Source: Candidatus Babeliales bacterium (GTDB lineage Bacteria > Babelota > Babeliae > Babelales > JACPOV01). From it: a DNA stretch of 64,000 bases. The first letter of the stretch is position 1. Every line of letters starts with the position of its first letter. The stretch spans positions 3,571-67,570 of the forward strand of contig JAGVLQ010000013.1 in NCBI GenBank assembly GCA_020054235.1, in the 5' to 3' direction. Positions 47,343 through 57,634 of the stretch are shown piece after piece. The position numbers and the translations under genes are program-made. The notes under the pieces were generated by a model, which saw nothing but the letters and a program-made list of their open reading frames with translations, was not told the DNA's origin and searched no databases.

Positions 47343-48696
47343 ATGAAAAGATTGGTTATTTTTCTTATTTTTCCCTTTTTGTCTGAAGGTATGGAAAGTA
47401 AGAAATTAAATAAAAAAGAAAGATACGGGAAAAAGAAGGTTTGGCAGGTAAAAACTAAAAATAAATCAGAACTTTCAAGCGATTCTTTTAAGTTTGATGA
47501 TTTCTTTTTATCAGAAATGTTACAAAAAGAAGAATTTTTTGGAAAACAAAGACTTCCTGTTTTCCAAAAAAAACCTTCAGGATATTAATGAGCAAAATGA
47601 ATTGGTGGAATTTTTAGAAGATCATACAGTTATCGTTAATTTAGACGATAAATTACCAAAAATTAATACCAAAATAGAAAAAAAGGAATTTTGTACAAAG
47701 CAAGTTTTAATAAAAAATAAAAAACCTAAAAAAAAGAAAAAAAATCAGTCAATTAATTCGATTGTTGCAATGTTGCAAACCGGAGTTATAAATAACAATT
47801 TCCCAAATTTTTTTACTTTGCTGAAGAAACATAAAGAAAAATTAGATAAAGAGAACAAATTTTCTTTATCAACTCTTCTTGTTAGGGATAAAGAAAATTT
47901 TTTAAAATTTGTAGAGGAATCTAATTTAGCAGCAAGTAAAGATGATTACACAAATCTTCTTCATTTACTTATTCAAAAAAAAGCTTTACCTGAATTAATT
48001 GAATGGGCAATTGGTAAAGGTGCTGATATTGATGCATTGGATTCTCAAGGAGTTCCTCCTGCTCAAAGAGCCTTGAGTTCTTATGATATTTTTTCATTCT
48101 TGCTAAGATTTAACCCAGACTTGAATAAACTAAATGCATATGGGGTTTCAACTTTTCATGAAGTTTTGCTTACGCTAATTCCTGAGGCAGATGAAATCTA
48201 TAAAGAAAAAGTAAGAGATTTTGCGAATTATTTAATTAGAAATAATAAAGCGGATGTTAATCGCCCTTTATCTTTGGATGCAGCAACAATTTCTCCGTTA
48301 GCCTATGCAATACGGTGTGGCAGAGATCAAGCTATTTCATTTATTTTAGAAAATAAAGGGGAGTTCTTTTTTCAGGAATATAAGGACAAAAAAATGAGTT
48401 CTGAGTGGCAAAATCATCAGGCGCTTCATTTTGTCGCGGCCAAATCTGCGCCAGAGATTATCGAGCTTCTGGTAAAGACAAAAAGATGGGGTATTAATGA
48501 AATAATTAATGGAAGAACTCCATTACATGAAGCTTTATTAGCAAAAAAGTTAGAAAATGTTGAGAAGTTAATAAATTTAGGAGCTGATACAAGCATAAAT
48601 ATAAAAATCCGTAATCATGAATATACAACAGAGGAGCTTATGCGTGCTTTATGCAGGAATCAAATTATAGAGTTGGGGTCTAAAAATAAACTATAA
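47343..48696 (+). pseudogene. ankyrin-repeat protein gene split by a +1 frame change (pseudogene, assembly indel or slippage site)
   Basis: ORF 47343-47588 (signal-like MKRLVIFLIFPFLSEG...) overlaps ORF 47494-48696 in the +1 frame. The latter carries ANK units (GRTPLHEALLAKKLENVEKLINLGAD; LHFVAAKSAPEIIELLV). An A8 run at 47566-47573 and a T6 run lie in the overlap. Confidence 0.45.
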
Positions 48697-49197
48697 TGCT
48701 AGAATCGATGATTTTAGTTTTTTATAAATTTCATTAAGGTCGATTGATATTTGTTTTGTATTAGCAAGTAATGGCAAAAAGTTTGTGTCCCCAATCCAGC
48801 GTGGAAGTACGTGTTGATGAAAATGGCTTGGTATTCCTGCGCCACTTGCTTTGCCAATATTAAAACCAACATTAACTCCTTGTGCTTTTAGAACATCAGT
48901 TAAAATATTTATGCAACTGTTGGTTAATTCTATTAATTCAATGCGTGCTTCTTTTGATAATTCTTCTAAATTTTTTTTATGATCTAATGAAATAATCAGC
49001 AAATGCCCGGCATTATAGGGATATAAATTAAGCATTATTGCATGATGAGTAAATCGTTTAAAAATAAAATGTTTTTCATCATTGTTATCAGCAAGATTTG
49101 CGCAAAATATACAGTCTTCTTTTTCTATTTTATCATTTTTACCATGGACAACGTCTGTTACATAGTTACTTCGCCATGGCGCATAAAGATGTTTCAT
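48691..49197 (-). CDS. HIT-family nucleotide hydrolase/phosphorylase (Ap4A-phosphorylase-like branch)
   Basis: Histidine triad HFHQHVLPRW followed by GDTNF. ATG 49197 overlaps the upstream stop (ATGA). Confidence 0.7.
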   Translation of the reverse strand: MKHLYAPWRSNYVTDVVHGKNDKIEKEDCIFCANLADNNDEKHFIFKRFTHHAIMLNLYPYNAGHLLIISLDHKKNLEELSKEARIELIELTNSCINILTDVLKAQGVNVGFNIGKASGAGIPSHFHQHVLPRWIGDTNFLPLLANTKQISIDLNEIYKKLKSSILAL

Positions 49198-50714
49198 GTA
49201 AGTTTTTCCTTTTGTACATAAAAAATCTGTTTTTTTTCTTTTAAAAAATATAGCCAAAATGTTAAGGATAATAGCACCATTAATGGCTCAGCCGGCATGC
49301 GTAAACGAGCATATCCAAAACCACCGGTCATGAAAAGTAACCCGCCGATCATCAATCCAGTTTTTATCCACAAATAGGTAGTATCAGATAAAGGTTTTCT
49401 TTGTCGGAAAAAATTAATAAATGCTTGAAGAATAAAAATAATGATGCCACCAATCAAGCCAAACCAAAGTAAAATTGAAAAAAGAAATTCCAACCAGCAT
49501 ATAAAGCGCATTAAAACTGGCATAGGATTTTTATAAAGGCAATTTTTTATTTTTTCGGTTAAAAATTCTTCTATAGGATCATGCATAAAACTATTATTTA
49601 CAAAAGTAACGAGTTGATGGCTATAGAGATCAAAAGTTGTTTTGCATACTTCATAAATCCAATCAATACAAACATAATGAGGATATTTTGTGATAATTGG
49701 ATAGGCAATTTTTTTACAGACAAGCTCTCGAGATACAAAAAGTTCAGGGTTTGTTAGAGCTAACTTTTTTTCTTCTTGTTCAAGTTGGGTTTTTAAGGTA
49801 ACAAATAAATATTTTAAACAATTTTCTAAGGGTTGATTTGTTAGCCGATGAAGAATTTTAGGGGCTGAAAAAGCAAGGTGATAAGCTCCGGACATTGGGC
49901 AAAAAAACCAATAACCAGTAAGATTGTGATTTCGCACATACCAAGGACTTAAGCAGGTAAAAAAGATTGTAGCAAATACTATAATTTTTATACATTTTTG
50001 TCTTAAGGTATTTGCTGAAAATAAAAAAATAAAAAGAGCAATGAATGCAATAAATTCTCCATTTGGTCGCATCCAAGTATAAATAGAAAGAGCTATAGCA
50101 GCAAATACCCAATATATTATTGGGCTATCAGATATTTTTTTTTGTTCTTTCAGAAACGTAAAACTTTTATAAAAAAACAATAAAAAAAGAAGAAAAAAAA
50201 TCATGGCAAGGCCATCAGTTAAAAGATAGCAGCTTGCTAAAATGAATCCTGGATGAAACACAAAAATCAAACTTGAAATCCATGCAATAACAGAAGAACT
50301 CGTTAAAAGTAATGCTAAAAAAAATACTAAAATTGGAATGAACGAGCATAGAAATATTTGAAGCCAAATTGAAATCTTCTGAGCTTTGATATTTCCTTGA
50401 AAGCGTATATCACTAGTACCACAGTATTTATAAAAAATTGCTAAATAGGCTGGGTATCCTGGTGTACGCCAAAAAAGTGGTTTATGATGTTGAGGATGGA
50501 ACATTCCTAAACCTTTTGCCAGACTAAAAGCACAGATGTGATAATCAGATGAATCTGCTTGTTTATATCGTTCATGGTTTTGAACGTAGATATAAAAAGT
50601 TAATCCACGTATAAAAAATGAAACCAGAAAGAGAAGTACTAACTTTTTTTTCTCATAAGGTTGATTAGAAAAGGTATAGATAGCATTCATAGATCTCCTT
50701 ATATTTTTCTTCAT
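49194..50714 (-). CDS. GT-C fold membrane glycosyltransferase (family 39/83, ArnT/PMT-like)
   Basis: More than ten TM segments. First periplasmic loop contains ADSSDYHICAFSLAKGLG. Size and topology are like ArnT/PMT_2 enzymes. Confidence 0.55.
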   Translation of the reverse strand: MKKNIRRSMNAIYTFSNQPYEKKKLVLLFLVSFFIRGLTFYIYVQNHERYKQADSSDYHICAFSLAKGLGMFHPQHHKPLFWRTPGYPAYLAIFYKYCGTSDIRFQGNIKAQKISIWLQIFLCSFIPILVFFLALLLTSSSVIAWISSLIFVFHPGFILASCYLLTDGLAMIFFLLFLLFFYKSFTFLKEQKKISDSPIIYWVFAAIALSIYTWMRPNGEFIAFIALFIFLFSANTLRQKCIKIIVFATIFFTCLSPWYVRNHNLTGYWFFCPMSGAYHLAFSAPKILHRLTNQPLENCLKYLFVTLKTQLEQEEKKLALTNPELFVSRELVCKKIAYPIITKYPHYVCIDWIYEVCKTTFDLYSHQLVTFVNNSFMHDPIEEFLTEKIKNCLYKNPMPVLMRFICWLEFLFSILLWFGLIGGIIIFILQAFINFFRQRKPLSDTTYLWIKTGLMIGGLLFMTGGFGYARLRMPAEPLMVLLSLTFWLYFLKEKKQIFYVQKEKLT

Positions 50715-50840
50715 ACTAATACTAGCAACATAGAATTACATTTCAATCTTGCTATGTGATACCGATATGGTATGTTGCTCAATAAGGTAATATTATAAAT
50801 TTCATTTTTTTAGATTAACCAAAAATATTAAGTAACTTTT

Positions 50841-52025
50841 ATGACACAGCCTGTAATCCTTATTATTGGCACACGCCCCGAAGGTATCAAAATGATACCG
50901 CTTTATTTTGCGCTAAGAAAAGCCGAAATTCCTGTAGTAATTTGTTCTACAACTCAACATAGCGATTTATTACAAGAAGTTTTTGATCTTTTTAATGTGA
51001 GACCAGATTTTGCATTAAATGTTATGGTTCCCGGCCAAGATCTTTTTCACGTACATCAAAAAGTATTAGAGAAGACTAAAGAAATTTTTCAGAATATTAA
51101 ACCTTCACTTGTTATTGTTCAAGGTGATACAACAACAACAATGGCAGCAGCAATGGCAGCTTTCTATTTGCATATTCCTGTAGGCCATGTTGAAGCTGGG
51201 TTGCGTACGGCAACTATCAATTATCCATTCCCTGAAGAGATGAATCGTAGAATTGTTTCTATGCTGGCGAGATTTCATTTCGCACCCACATCTTTTGCCA
51301 CAGCAAATTTATTGTCAGAAAAAAATAATAGGGATCATGTTTTTTGTACTGGAAACACCGTTGTTGATGCTTTACGAATAATGGAAAATTTAATTGCTGA
51401 AAAAAAAGTAGTAATTGATCCTATTGTTCAATCGATTGTTGATGAAAATAAAAAATTGGGGAAAAAAATTGTATTAGTTACGGCCCATAGGCGAGAATCA
51501 TTTAATGGTGGTATAAAATCAATTTTATCAGCGGTCAAAAAATCTGCTCAAGATAATCAAGATGTATTGTTTATATATCCTTATCATCCTAATCCAAATG
51601 TCCTGAAAGCAATTGAAGAAGTTAATTTAAATGATTGTTCCAATATTTTTAAATGTAAGCCCTTGAAGTATAAAGATTTGGTATATATTTTATTGCAAGC
51701 CAATTTAGTAGCCTCAGATTCTGGTGGCATTTGTGAAGAAGCTGTAAGTTTAGGTAAACCAACGCTGATTTTGCGTAATGAAACAGAGCGCATGGAAGCT
51801 GTTTGGGAGGGTGTTGCTCATTTAGTTGGAACCGATGAAGATGTAATTTTTGATATGCTACAGCAGTACTTTGTGACGCGCTTGTTGAATGAACCCCAAA
51901 AACGTACTATTTTTGGTGATGGTTATGCATCAGAAAAAATAGTAACTATTGTCAAAGATTTTATTGAAAAAAAAGATTGCATATTCGAGAAAAAAAATAC
52001 TATATCTATGCAAATTAATGGTTAA
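50841..52025 (+). CDS. wecB: UDP-N-acetylglucosamine 2-epimerase (non-hydrolysing)
   Basis: GTRPEGIKM, VQGDTTT, HVEAGLRT, EEMNRR and SDSGG motifs. Confidence 0.9.
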   Translation: MTQPVILIIGTRPEGIKMIPLYFALRKAEIPVVICSTTQHSDLLQEVFDLFNVRPDFALNVMVPGQDLFHVHQKVLEKTKEIFQNIKPSLVIVQGDTTTTMAAAMAAFYLHIPVGHVEAGLRTATINYPFPEEMNRRIVSMLARFHFAPTSFATANLLSEKNNRDHVFCTGNTVVDALRIMENLIAEKKVVIDPIVQSIVDENKKLGKKIVLVTAHRRESFNGGIKSILSAVKKSAQDNQDVLFIYPYHPNPNVLKAIEEVNLNDCSNIFKCKPLKYKDLVYILLQANLVASDSGGICEEAVSLGKPTLILRNETERMEAVWEGVAHLVGTDEDVIFDMLQQYFVTRLLNEPQKRTIFGDGYASEKIVTIVKDFIEKKDCIFEKKNTISMQING

Positions 52026-52042
52026 GGGCAAAGGAAAAACGC

Positions 52043-53365
52043 ATGAAAAAGGTGTGTGTAGTAGGATTAGGCTATATTGGTTTGCCGACGGCAATAGTAG
52101 CAGCAAAATATGGTTTTGAAGTAATTGGTTATGATATTGATAAAGAAAAAGTAGAGCGCATTAATAATTTTGATCCAGTAATTGAAGAGCCTGAACTTTT
52201 AGAAAAATTACGTGAAGTTCTTTCTTATAATACTTTTCGAGCAACTACTATTATCGAGCAATCAGATTGTTTTATCATAGCTGTTCCAACGCCCTTTTTA
52301 GAAAATAAAGATGCAGATCTTTCTTATGTATGGAACGCAGCTGAATCAATTGCAAGAGTTCTTAAAAAAGGTGATGTTATTATTCTTGAATCAACCGTGC
52401 CTGTTGGAGCTACGGATTCATTAGCACAGCGCTTAGAGGCTTCAAGTAAATTAAAGGCAGGAGTTGATTTTTATGTATCACATTGTCCAGAACGTGTTTT
52501 GCCAGGAAAAATTTTTTTTGAATTAATCAACAATCCTCGGATAATTGGTGGCATCAATCAAGAATCGGTAGAAAAAGCAAAATTATTTTATAAGCAATTT
52601 GTAAAAGCTTCTTTATATTTAACTAATGCTACAACAGCGGAGATGGTTAAACTCGTTGAAAATAGTTCACGTGATGTAGCAATTGCCTTTGCAAATCAAG
52701 TTGCTGCTATGGCTTATAAGATGCGATTAGATCCTTTTGAAGTTATTGAATTAGCAAATAAGCATCCACGGGTTAATATTTTGAATCCATCGTGTGGTGT
52801 TGGTGGTCATTGTATAGCCGTTGATCCTTGGTTTTTGATACAAACGTTTCCTGAGCATACAGCACTTTTAAAAGCAGCACGTCAGATTAATGATGCAAAA
52901 CCTCGGCAGGTTGTACAAACAACACGCCGTTGTATTGAAAATTGGTATCGTAGCCATTTGCAACGTCCAAAGCTTTTAATTTTAGGTTTGACCTATAAAC
53001 CTGATATCGATGATTTACGAGAATCTCCCGCTCTTGAAATTGCCAAAAAACTTTCAATTTTTACTGATATAGATCTTCTGATTTGTGATCCTTATGTTAA
53101 TAATGAAACAATGCATGAGTTATTTAACCAAGAGAACGTTCCTTTAAAACATGGCCTTGACCAGGCCGATATTATTTTATGCCTCGTAAAACATACCCAA
53201 TTTAAAAAAATGGACAAATTAGTCTTGCAGCACAAAAAAATATTAGATTTTTGTGGAGTATTTTATGAACCTCATAGAGAGCATGAAGGGCAAGACCAAT
53301 TGTTTTGGCCAGCAAATAACATTTCAATTGCAACAATAATAGATTATGTGCAAGGAGATTTATAA
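52043..53365 (+). CDS. wecC: UDP-N-acetyl-D-mannosamine dehydrogenase (nucleotide-sugar dehydrogenase family)
   Basis: VCVVGLGYIGLP, the catalytic Cys region GGHCI and the C-terminal LGLTYKPDIDDLRESPA. Adjacent to wecB. Confidence 0.8.
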   Translation: MKKVCVVGLGYIGLPTAIVAAKYGFEVIGYDIDKEKVERINNFDPVIEEPELLEKLREVLSYNTFRATTIIEQSDCFIIAVPTPFLENKDADLSYVWNAAESIARVLKKGDVIILESTVPVGATDSLAQRLEASSKLKAGVDFYVSHCPERVLPGKIFFELINNPRIIGGINQESVEKAKLFYKQFVKASLYLTNATTAEMVKLVENSSRDVAIAFANQVAAMAYKMRLDPFEVIELANKHPRVNILNPSCGVGGHCIAVDPWFLIQTFPEHTALLKAARQINDAKPRQVVQTTRRCIENWYRSHLQRPKLLILGLTYKPDIDDLRESPALEIAKKLSIFTDIDLLICDPYVNNETMHELFNQENVPLKHGLDQADIILCLVKHTQFKKMDKLVLQHKKILDFCGVFYEPHREHEGQDQLFWPANNISIATIIDYVQGDL

Positions 53366-55543
53366 ATGAGACAGGTTTTTTTAGAAAAAGGTATTGTTAA
53401 AGTTAAAGAAGTATGTGAACCAATCCTGAGTGAAAATACAGTTTTGATTGAAGTGTTTTACTCCTGTATAAGCCCTGGAACTGAAGGTTCTACTATTGCT
53501 AATGCACAAAAAAGTTTATTTAGTACTATTCCGCTTAAGTTGCCAAAAGTTATGATGTCAATTGCTAAAAATGGCATTGAAGGAACAAAGGCTCTTATCA
53601 AAGAAAAACTTGCAGGTGATCTTCAGACATTAGGTTATTCGTGCTCTGGCAAAGTAATTGCGGTGGGCAAAAAAATTACCAAATTTAGAGCAGGGGATTT
53701 TGTAGCATGTGCAGGTGCTGGTTTTGCGCATCATGCGGAAATGATAGCGGTGCCAGAAAATCTTGTGGTCAAAGTAACTAATCAAGATTATTTGAAAGAG
53801 GCAAGTATTACTACTTTAGGCGCGATTGCATTGCAAGGACTACGAAGAGCAAATCTTATGTTGGGTGAAACTGTTTGTGTGCTAGGGCTTGGCCTTTTAG
53901 GGCAATTAACGGTGCAGTTAGCAAAACTTTCTGGTTGTAAGGTAATTGGTATTGACCTTATTCCTGAGCGGCTTGAACTTGCAAAAAAAATTGGTGCAGA
54001 CTCTGTATTGAATCCTCGTGAGCATGCCCTGAAAGATGAAATAGATTTTATTACGGCACATAATGGCGTTGATAGTACTATTATAACCGCAGGCTCAAGT
54101 AATAATACCATTATTCAGCAATCGATGGAAATTACCCGCAAAAAGGGACGGGTTGTTTTAGTTGGGGATGTTCCTTTAACGTGTGATCGAAGTCCTTTTT
54201 ATCAAAAAGAAATTGACTTTCTTATTTCATGTTCATATGGGCCTGGAAGATATGATGGTTCTTATGAGCAAAACGGTCTTGACTATCCTTTTGCCTATGT
54301 TCGTTGGACAGAAAATAGAAATATGCAATCAATTGTTGATTTTATTGAACAAAAGAGACTAGATGTTAACAGTTTAATTTCTGAATCAGCATCAATAGAG
54401 CAAGCAGAACAAGCTTATGAGCGCTTAAAAAATCAATCGGCTTTAGCTGTTATTCTCTCATATAGAGAAGAAAAAGAAGCTGCTAGCTATATAAATAAAC
54501 AGGAACAAAAAATTATTCAGCAAAAAAGCCAGCCAACTTTTATTCCTGCATATAAAGATAATGTCCGTGTTGGTGTTATTGGGGCTGGTGGTTTTGCTAA
54601 AGTAAAATTGATGCCCATTATTTCACGCATTAAGAATGTAAAAATTAATGCGATTGTTGATGCTAATATAGCTAACTCAATCACGGTTTCAAAGACCTAT
54701 GGCGCAGCAAAAGCCCTTTCTGATGATAGTAAATTATTTGATGAAGATTTGGTTGATGCAGTGCTTATTGCATCGCCACATAAATATCATTGCAATCAAG
54801 CTTTAGCGGCTCTGGAAAATGGGAAAGCAGTTTTTTTAGAAAAACCTATGGTAACTGATTTTGACCAGCTGAAACAATTTCAAGAATTTTTTCAAAAAAA
54901 TTCGAATATTCCATTTTGTGTTGATTATAATCGCTCTTTTGCTCCCTTTATGCAGAAGATAAAAAAGGAAATTGAAAAACGCACATCACCGTTGGTTGTG
55001 CAATATCGTATGAATGCAGGTTTTATTCCAAAAGATCATTGGATACAAACAGAAGTTGGTGCAGGAAGAATTATCGGAGAAGCATGCCACATTTTTGATC
55101 TTTTTATGTTTTTAACTGATTCTGAACCAGTAGCTGTTTCAGTTGAAGCAATTAAACCAAAAAATGATGATCTTTTTCCTACCGATAATTTCTCTGCACA
55201 ATTTAGTTTTCAAGATGGTTCAATTTGTACTTTATTGTATACTTCCCTTGGTCATAAGGATTTGAGTAAGGAACGGATGGAATTATTTTATGATTCCAAA
55301 GCTATTTTAATGGATGATTTTAAAATATTACAAGGTTTTGGGCTGCCATCTTCTTTTAATGAAAAAGTGATGGTGCCGGATAAAGGTCATGAACATTTGT
55401 TACATGAATTTTTTAATAGAATTCGTATGCCAGACTATCAACCTGCAATTAGCTTAAGACGCTTATCTAAGGTAGCTGAAATTACGTTAATTATTGATCA
55501 ATTGGCTTGTCAGGGTGGTGGTTCACAGGAGATAAATCCATGA
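53366..55543 (+). CDS. bi-domain oxidoreductase (Zn-ADH/MDR-like N-domain fused to Gfo/Idh/MocA-like C-domain)
   Basis: N-half has GDFVACAG and VLGLGLLGQL (MDR Rossmann fold). C-half has VGVIGAGGFAK and EKP (Gfo/Idh/MocA). This two-domain architecture recurs in polysaccharide loci. Confidence 0.7.
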   Translation: MRQVFLEKGIVKVKEVCEPILSENTVLIEVFYSCISPGTEGSTIANAQKSLFSTIPLKLPKVMMSIAKNGIEGTKALIKEKLAGDLQTLGYSCSGKVIAVGKKITKFRAGDFVACAGAGFAHHAEMIAVPENLVVKVTNQDYLKEASITTLGAIALQGLRRANLMLGETVCVLGLGLLGQLTVQLAKLSGCKVIGIDLIPERLELAKKIGADSVLNPREHALKDEIDFITAHNGVDSTIITAGSSNNTIIQQSMEITRKKGRVVLVGDVPLTCDRSPFYQKEIDFLISCSYGPGRYDGSYEQNGLDYPFAYVRWTENRNMQSIVDFIEQKRLDVNSLISESASIEQAEQAYERLKNQSALAVILSYREEKEAASYINKQEQKIIQQKSQPTFIPAYKDNVRVGVIGAGGFAKVKLMPIISRIKNVKINAIVDANIANSITVSKTYGAAKALSDDSKLFDEDLVDAVLIASPHKYHCNQALAALENGKAVFLEKPMVTDFDQLKQFQEFFQKNSNIPFCVDYNRSFAPFMQKIKKEIEKRTSPLVVQYRMNAGFIPKDHWIQTEVGAGRIIGEACHIFDLFMFLTDSEPVAVSVEAIKPKNDDLFPTDNFSAQFSFQDGSICTLLYTSLGHKDLSKERMELFYDSKAILMDDFKILQGFGLPSSFNEKVMVPDKGHEHLLHEFFNRIRMPDYQPAISLRRLSKVAEITLIIDQLACQGGGSQEINP

Positions 55544-56892
55544 ATAAAAATAGCCTAATTTTATTTGTAGCTTCTGTGTTTTTTTGTGTTTTATCGTACT
55601 GCCTTTATTCATTAGCACCCAACAAGGATGCTCGTTTTGATTTAGATTCACCAACGTACGAGCGTATTGGTCAGAATTTTTCTGAAAATAATCATTTGGT
55701 AGATCCTTTTTCTGAAAACGAAATTCCTACTCCAGCATTAGGCTATCCTTTATTTTTAGGAATTTTATATAAATTATTTGGCTCTGATTATTTTTATATA
55801 ATTTTTATTCAAATTATATTGTCGCTTGTCTGTTTATTTCTTCTCTATAAATGTGCTAAAACTCTTTTGAATGAGGATGCTGCTTTATTTGCTGTTATTT
55901 TGGGATCTTTAAATCTAGGTTTTTTTGTATATGCTCAATTTTTTTTAACAGAAACATTGCTTATTACTTTTCTCATCGCTGGTTTCGAACGATTATTAAA
56001 TTTTTTTAAAACTAAACAAACCAATTCTTTGCTACAAGCAGGGATTCTTTATGGCATTTCTGTGATTGTTAAACCAGCAGCGCTTTTTTATGTCTTTATT
56101 TTATTTTTTTTTATAGGTCTTTACGGTGTTATAAAATCATTACCTGTTGTAAAACTATTAGGCCTATTTGCTTGTTGTTTTTATGTGCCTGTCATTGGTT
56201 ACATGGTTCATAACAAAATGCAATTTGGTGTTCTTACGGTTGCCCCATTAATGTATGAGAATATGTATTATTTTTTTCTTGGCGAACTCATAGCAAAGGA
56301 TGAACAAATTATACCAAAACAAGCTTTTGAAAGAATTGAAAAAAGTTATCAAGGAAAAAAAAGAAATGATTCAGCACGATGGATTACTGCAAAAGAAATG
56401 TTGAATAATTTTATTTATAATAGGCCCTTCTTTATTGTACGCATTTGGATGTTAAATATGATAAAAACATTGTTTGGTCTTTATGCAAACCAGCTTAAAT
56501 TTTTAGTTAATCCTCAACTAAAAGGATCAGATAATTCCTTTTTTAGTAAAAAAGGTTCTCTTGGTGAAAAGATTTGGCATTATGTAACAGAGGGAACTGA
56601 TAATAAATTAATTCAAGGCCTTGCTCTCTGGAATATAATTTTTATGGCTTTTCAATATTTTTTTGTCATAATTGCTCTCATTTTGTTATTGAAGCAAAAA
56701 TGCTATTTTCTATTGAGTTTTTTTGTCACTTCAATTAGTTATTTTGTTTTTATTACTGGTCCTGGAGGTTGTGCTCGTTATAGGATGTTGATGGAATATT
56801 ATCTTGTTATTTTAGCTGCTCTTGGAATAATGGTAGCTTATCAATATGTACGAAATAGACGATTTTCCATTGATTATCAATCACTCTTTTAA
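55540..56892 (+). CDS. GT-C fold membrane glycosyltransferase (ArnT/PMT-like), second copy
   Basis: ATGA overlap with the upstream stop (55540-55543). Polytopic. First loop DLDSPTYERIGQNF...ALGYPLFLG parallels the 49194-50714 protein. Confidence 0.55.
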   Translation: MNKNSLILFVASVFFCVLSYCLYSLAPNKDARFDLDSPTYERIGQNFSENNHLVDPFSENEIPTPALGYPLFLGILYKLFGSDYFYIIFIQIILSLVCLFLLYKCAKTLLNEDAALFAVILGSLNLGFFVYAQFFLTETLLITFLIAGFERLLNFFKTKQTNSLLQAGILYGISVIVKPAALFYVFILFFFIGLYGVIKSLPVVKLLGLFACCFYVPVIGYMVHNKMQFGVLTVAPLMYENMYYFFLGELIAKDEQIIPKQAFERIEKSYQGKKRNDSARWITAKEMLNNFIYNRPFFIVRIWMLNMIKTLFGLYANQLKFLVNPQLKGSDNSFFSKKGSLGEKIWHYVTEGTDNKLIQGLALWNIIFMAFQYFFVIIALILLLKQKCYFLLSFFVTSISYFVFITGPGGCARYRMLMEYYLVILAALGIMVAYQYVRNRRFSIDYQSLF

Positions 56893-56907
56893 GGAGGTGA
56901 TCTGCTT

Positions 56908-57615
56908 ATGGCAAAGAATGAAGTTCTTGTTTTTATTCCTACCTATAATGAATTACAAAATGTAGAAATTTTGTATAAAGAAATAAAAAAAAATAAACAC
57001 GATGTCGATATTCTTTTTTGTGATGATAATTCTCCTGACGGTACCGGTAAATTTCTTGATCAGCTTGCAAAAAAAGACCCAACAGTTTTTGTAATGCATA
57101 GAGAAAAAAAATTAGGTCTTGGCACGGCGCATCTGTGTGCTTTTGAATATGCCCAAAAACATAATTATCGTTATTTGTTAACAATGGATGCAGATTTAAC
57201 CCATGACCCTATTTATATTCCTGCTTTACTGGCAAAAAAAGACAGTTCAGACATTGTGGTAGGCTCGCGTTATGCTGATGGTGGTGGCATGTCAGGCTGG
57301 GGAAAAATCCGTTTACCATTTACCTATTTCTGGAAAAATTTAATAAAAAATGGGCTTGGAATGCCGTACGATTGTACTGGTGCTTATCGCCTATATAATG
57401 TAAAAGTGTTAAAGCCAGCTGTTTATCAAAAAGTTCAATCAAAGGGATTTTCTTTTTGCATAGAATCATTATATAGACTTAAGCAAGCAGGATGTAAAAT
57501 TGCTGAAGTACCTATTAAAGCCCGAAACCGTATGTATGGTAAATCAAAGTTATCTATGGCAATTATGAAAGAGGCAGCATTTACGTATTGTCGATTATTG
57601 TTTGAAAGAAAATAA
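56908..57615 (+). CDS. polyprenol-phosphate mannosyltransferase-like GT2 (Ppm1/Dpm1/ArnC family)
   Basis: VFIPTYNE, DDNSPDGT, MDADLTHDP and VVGSRY motifs of the Dpm1/ArnC GT2 subfamily. Confidence 0.8.
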   Translation: MAKNEVLVFIPTYNELQNVEILYKEIKKNKHDVDILFCDDNSPDGTGKFLDQLAKKDPTVFVMHREKKLGLGTAHLCAFEYAQKHNYRYLLTMDADLTHDPIYIPALLAKKDSSDIVVGSRYADGGGMSGWGKIRLPFTYFWKNLIKNGLGMPYDCTGAYRLYNVKVLKPAVYQKVQSKGFSFCIESLYRLKQAGCKIAEVPIKARNRMYGKSKLSMAIMKEAAFTYCRLLFERK

Positions 57616-57634
57616 AATTAAAAATGAGAGTAGT

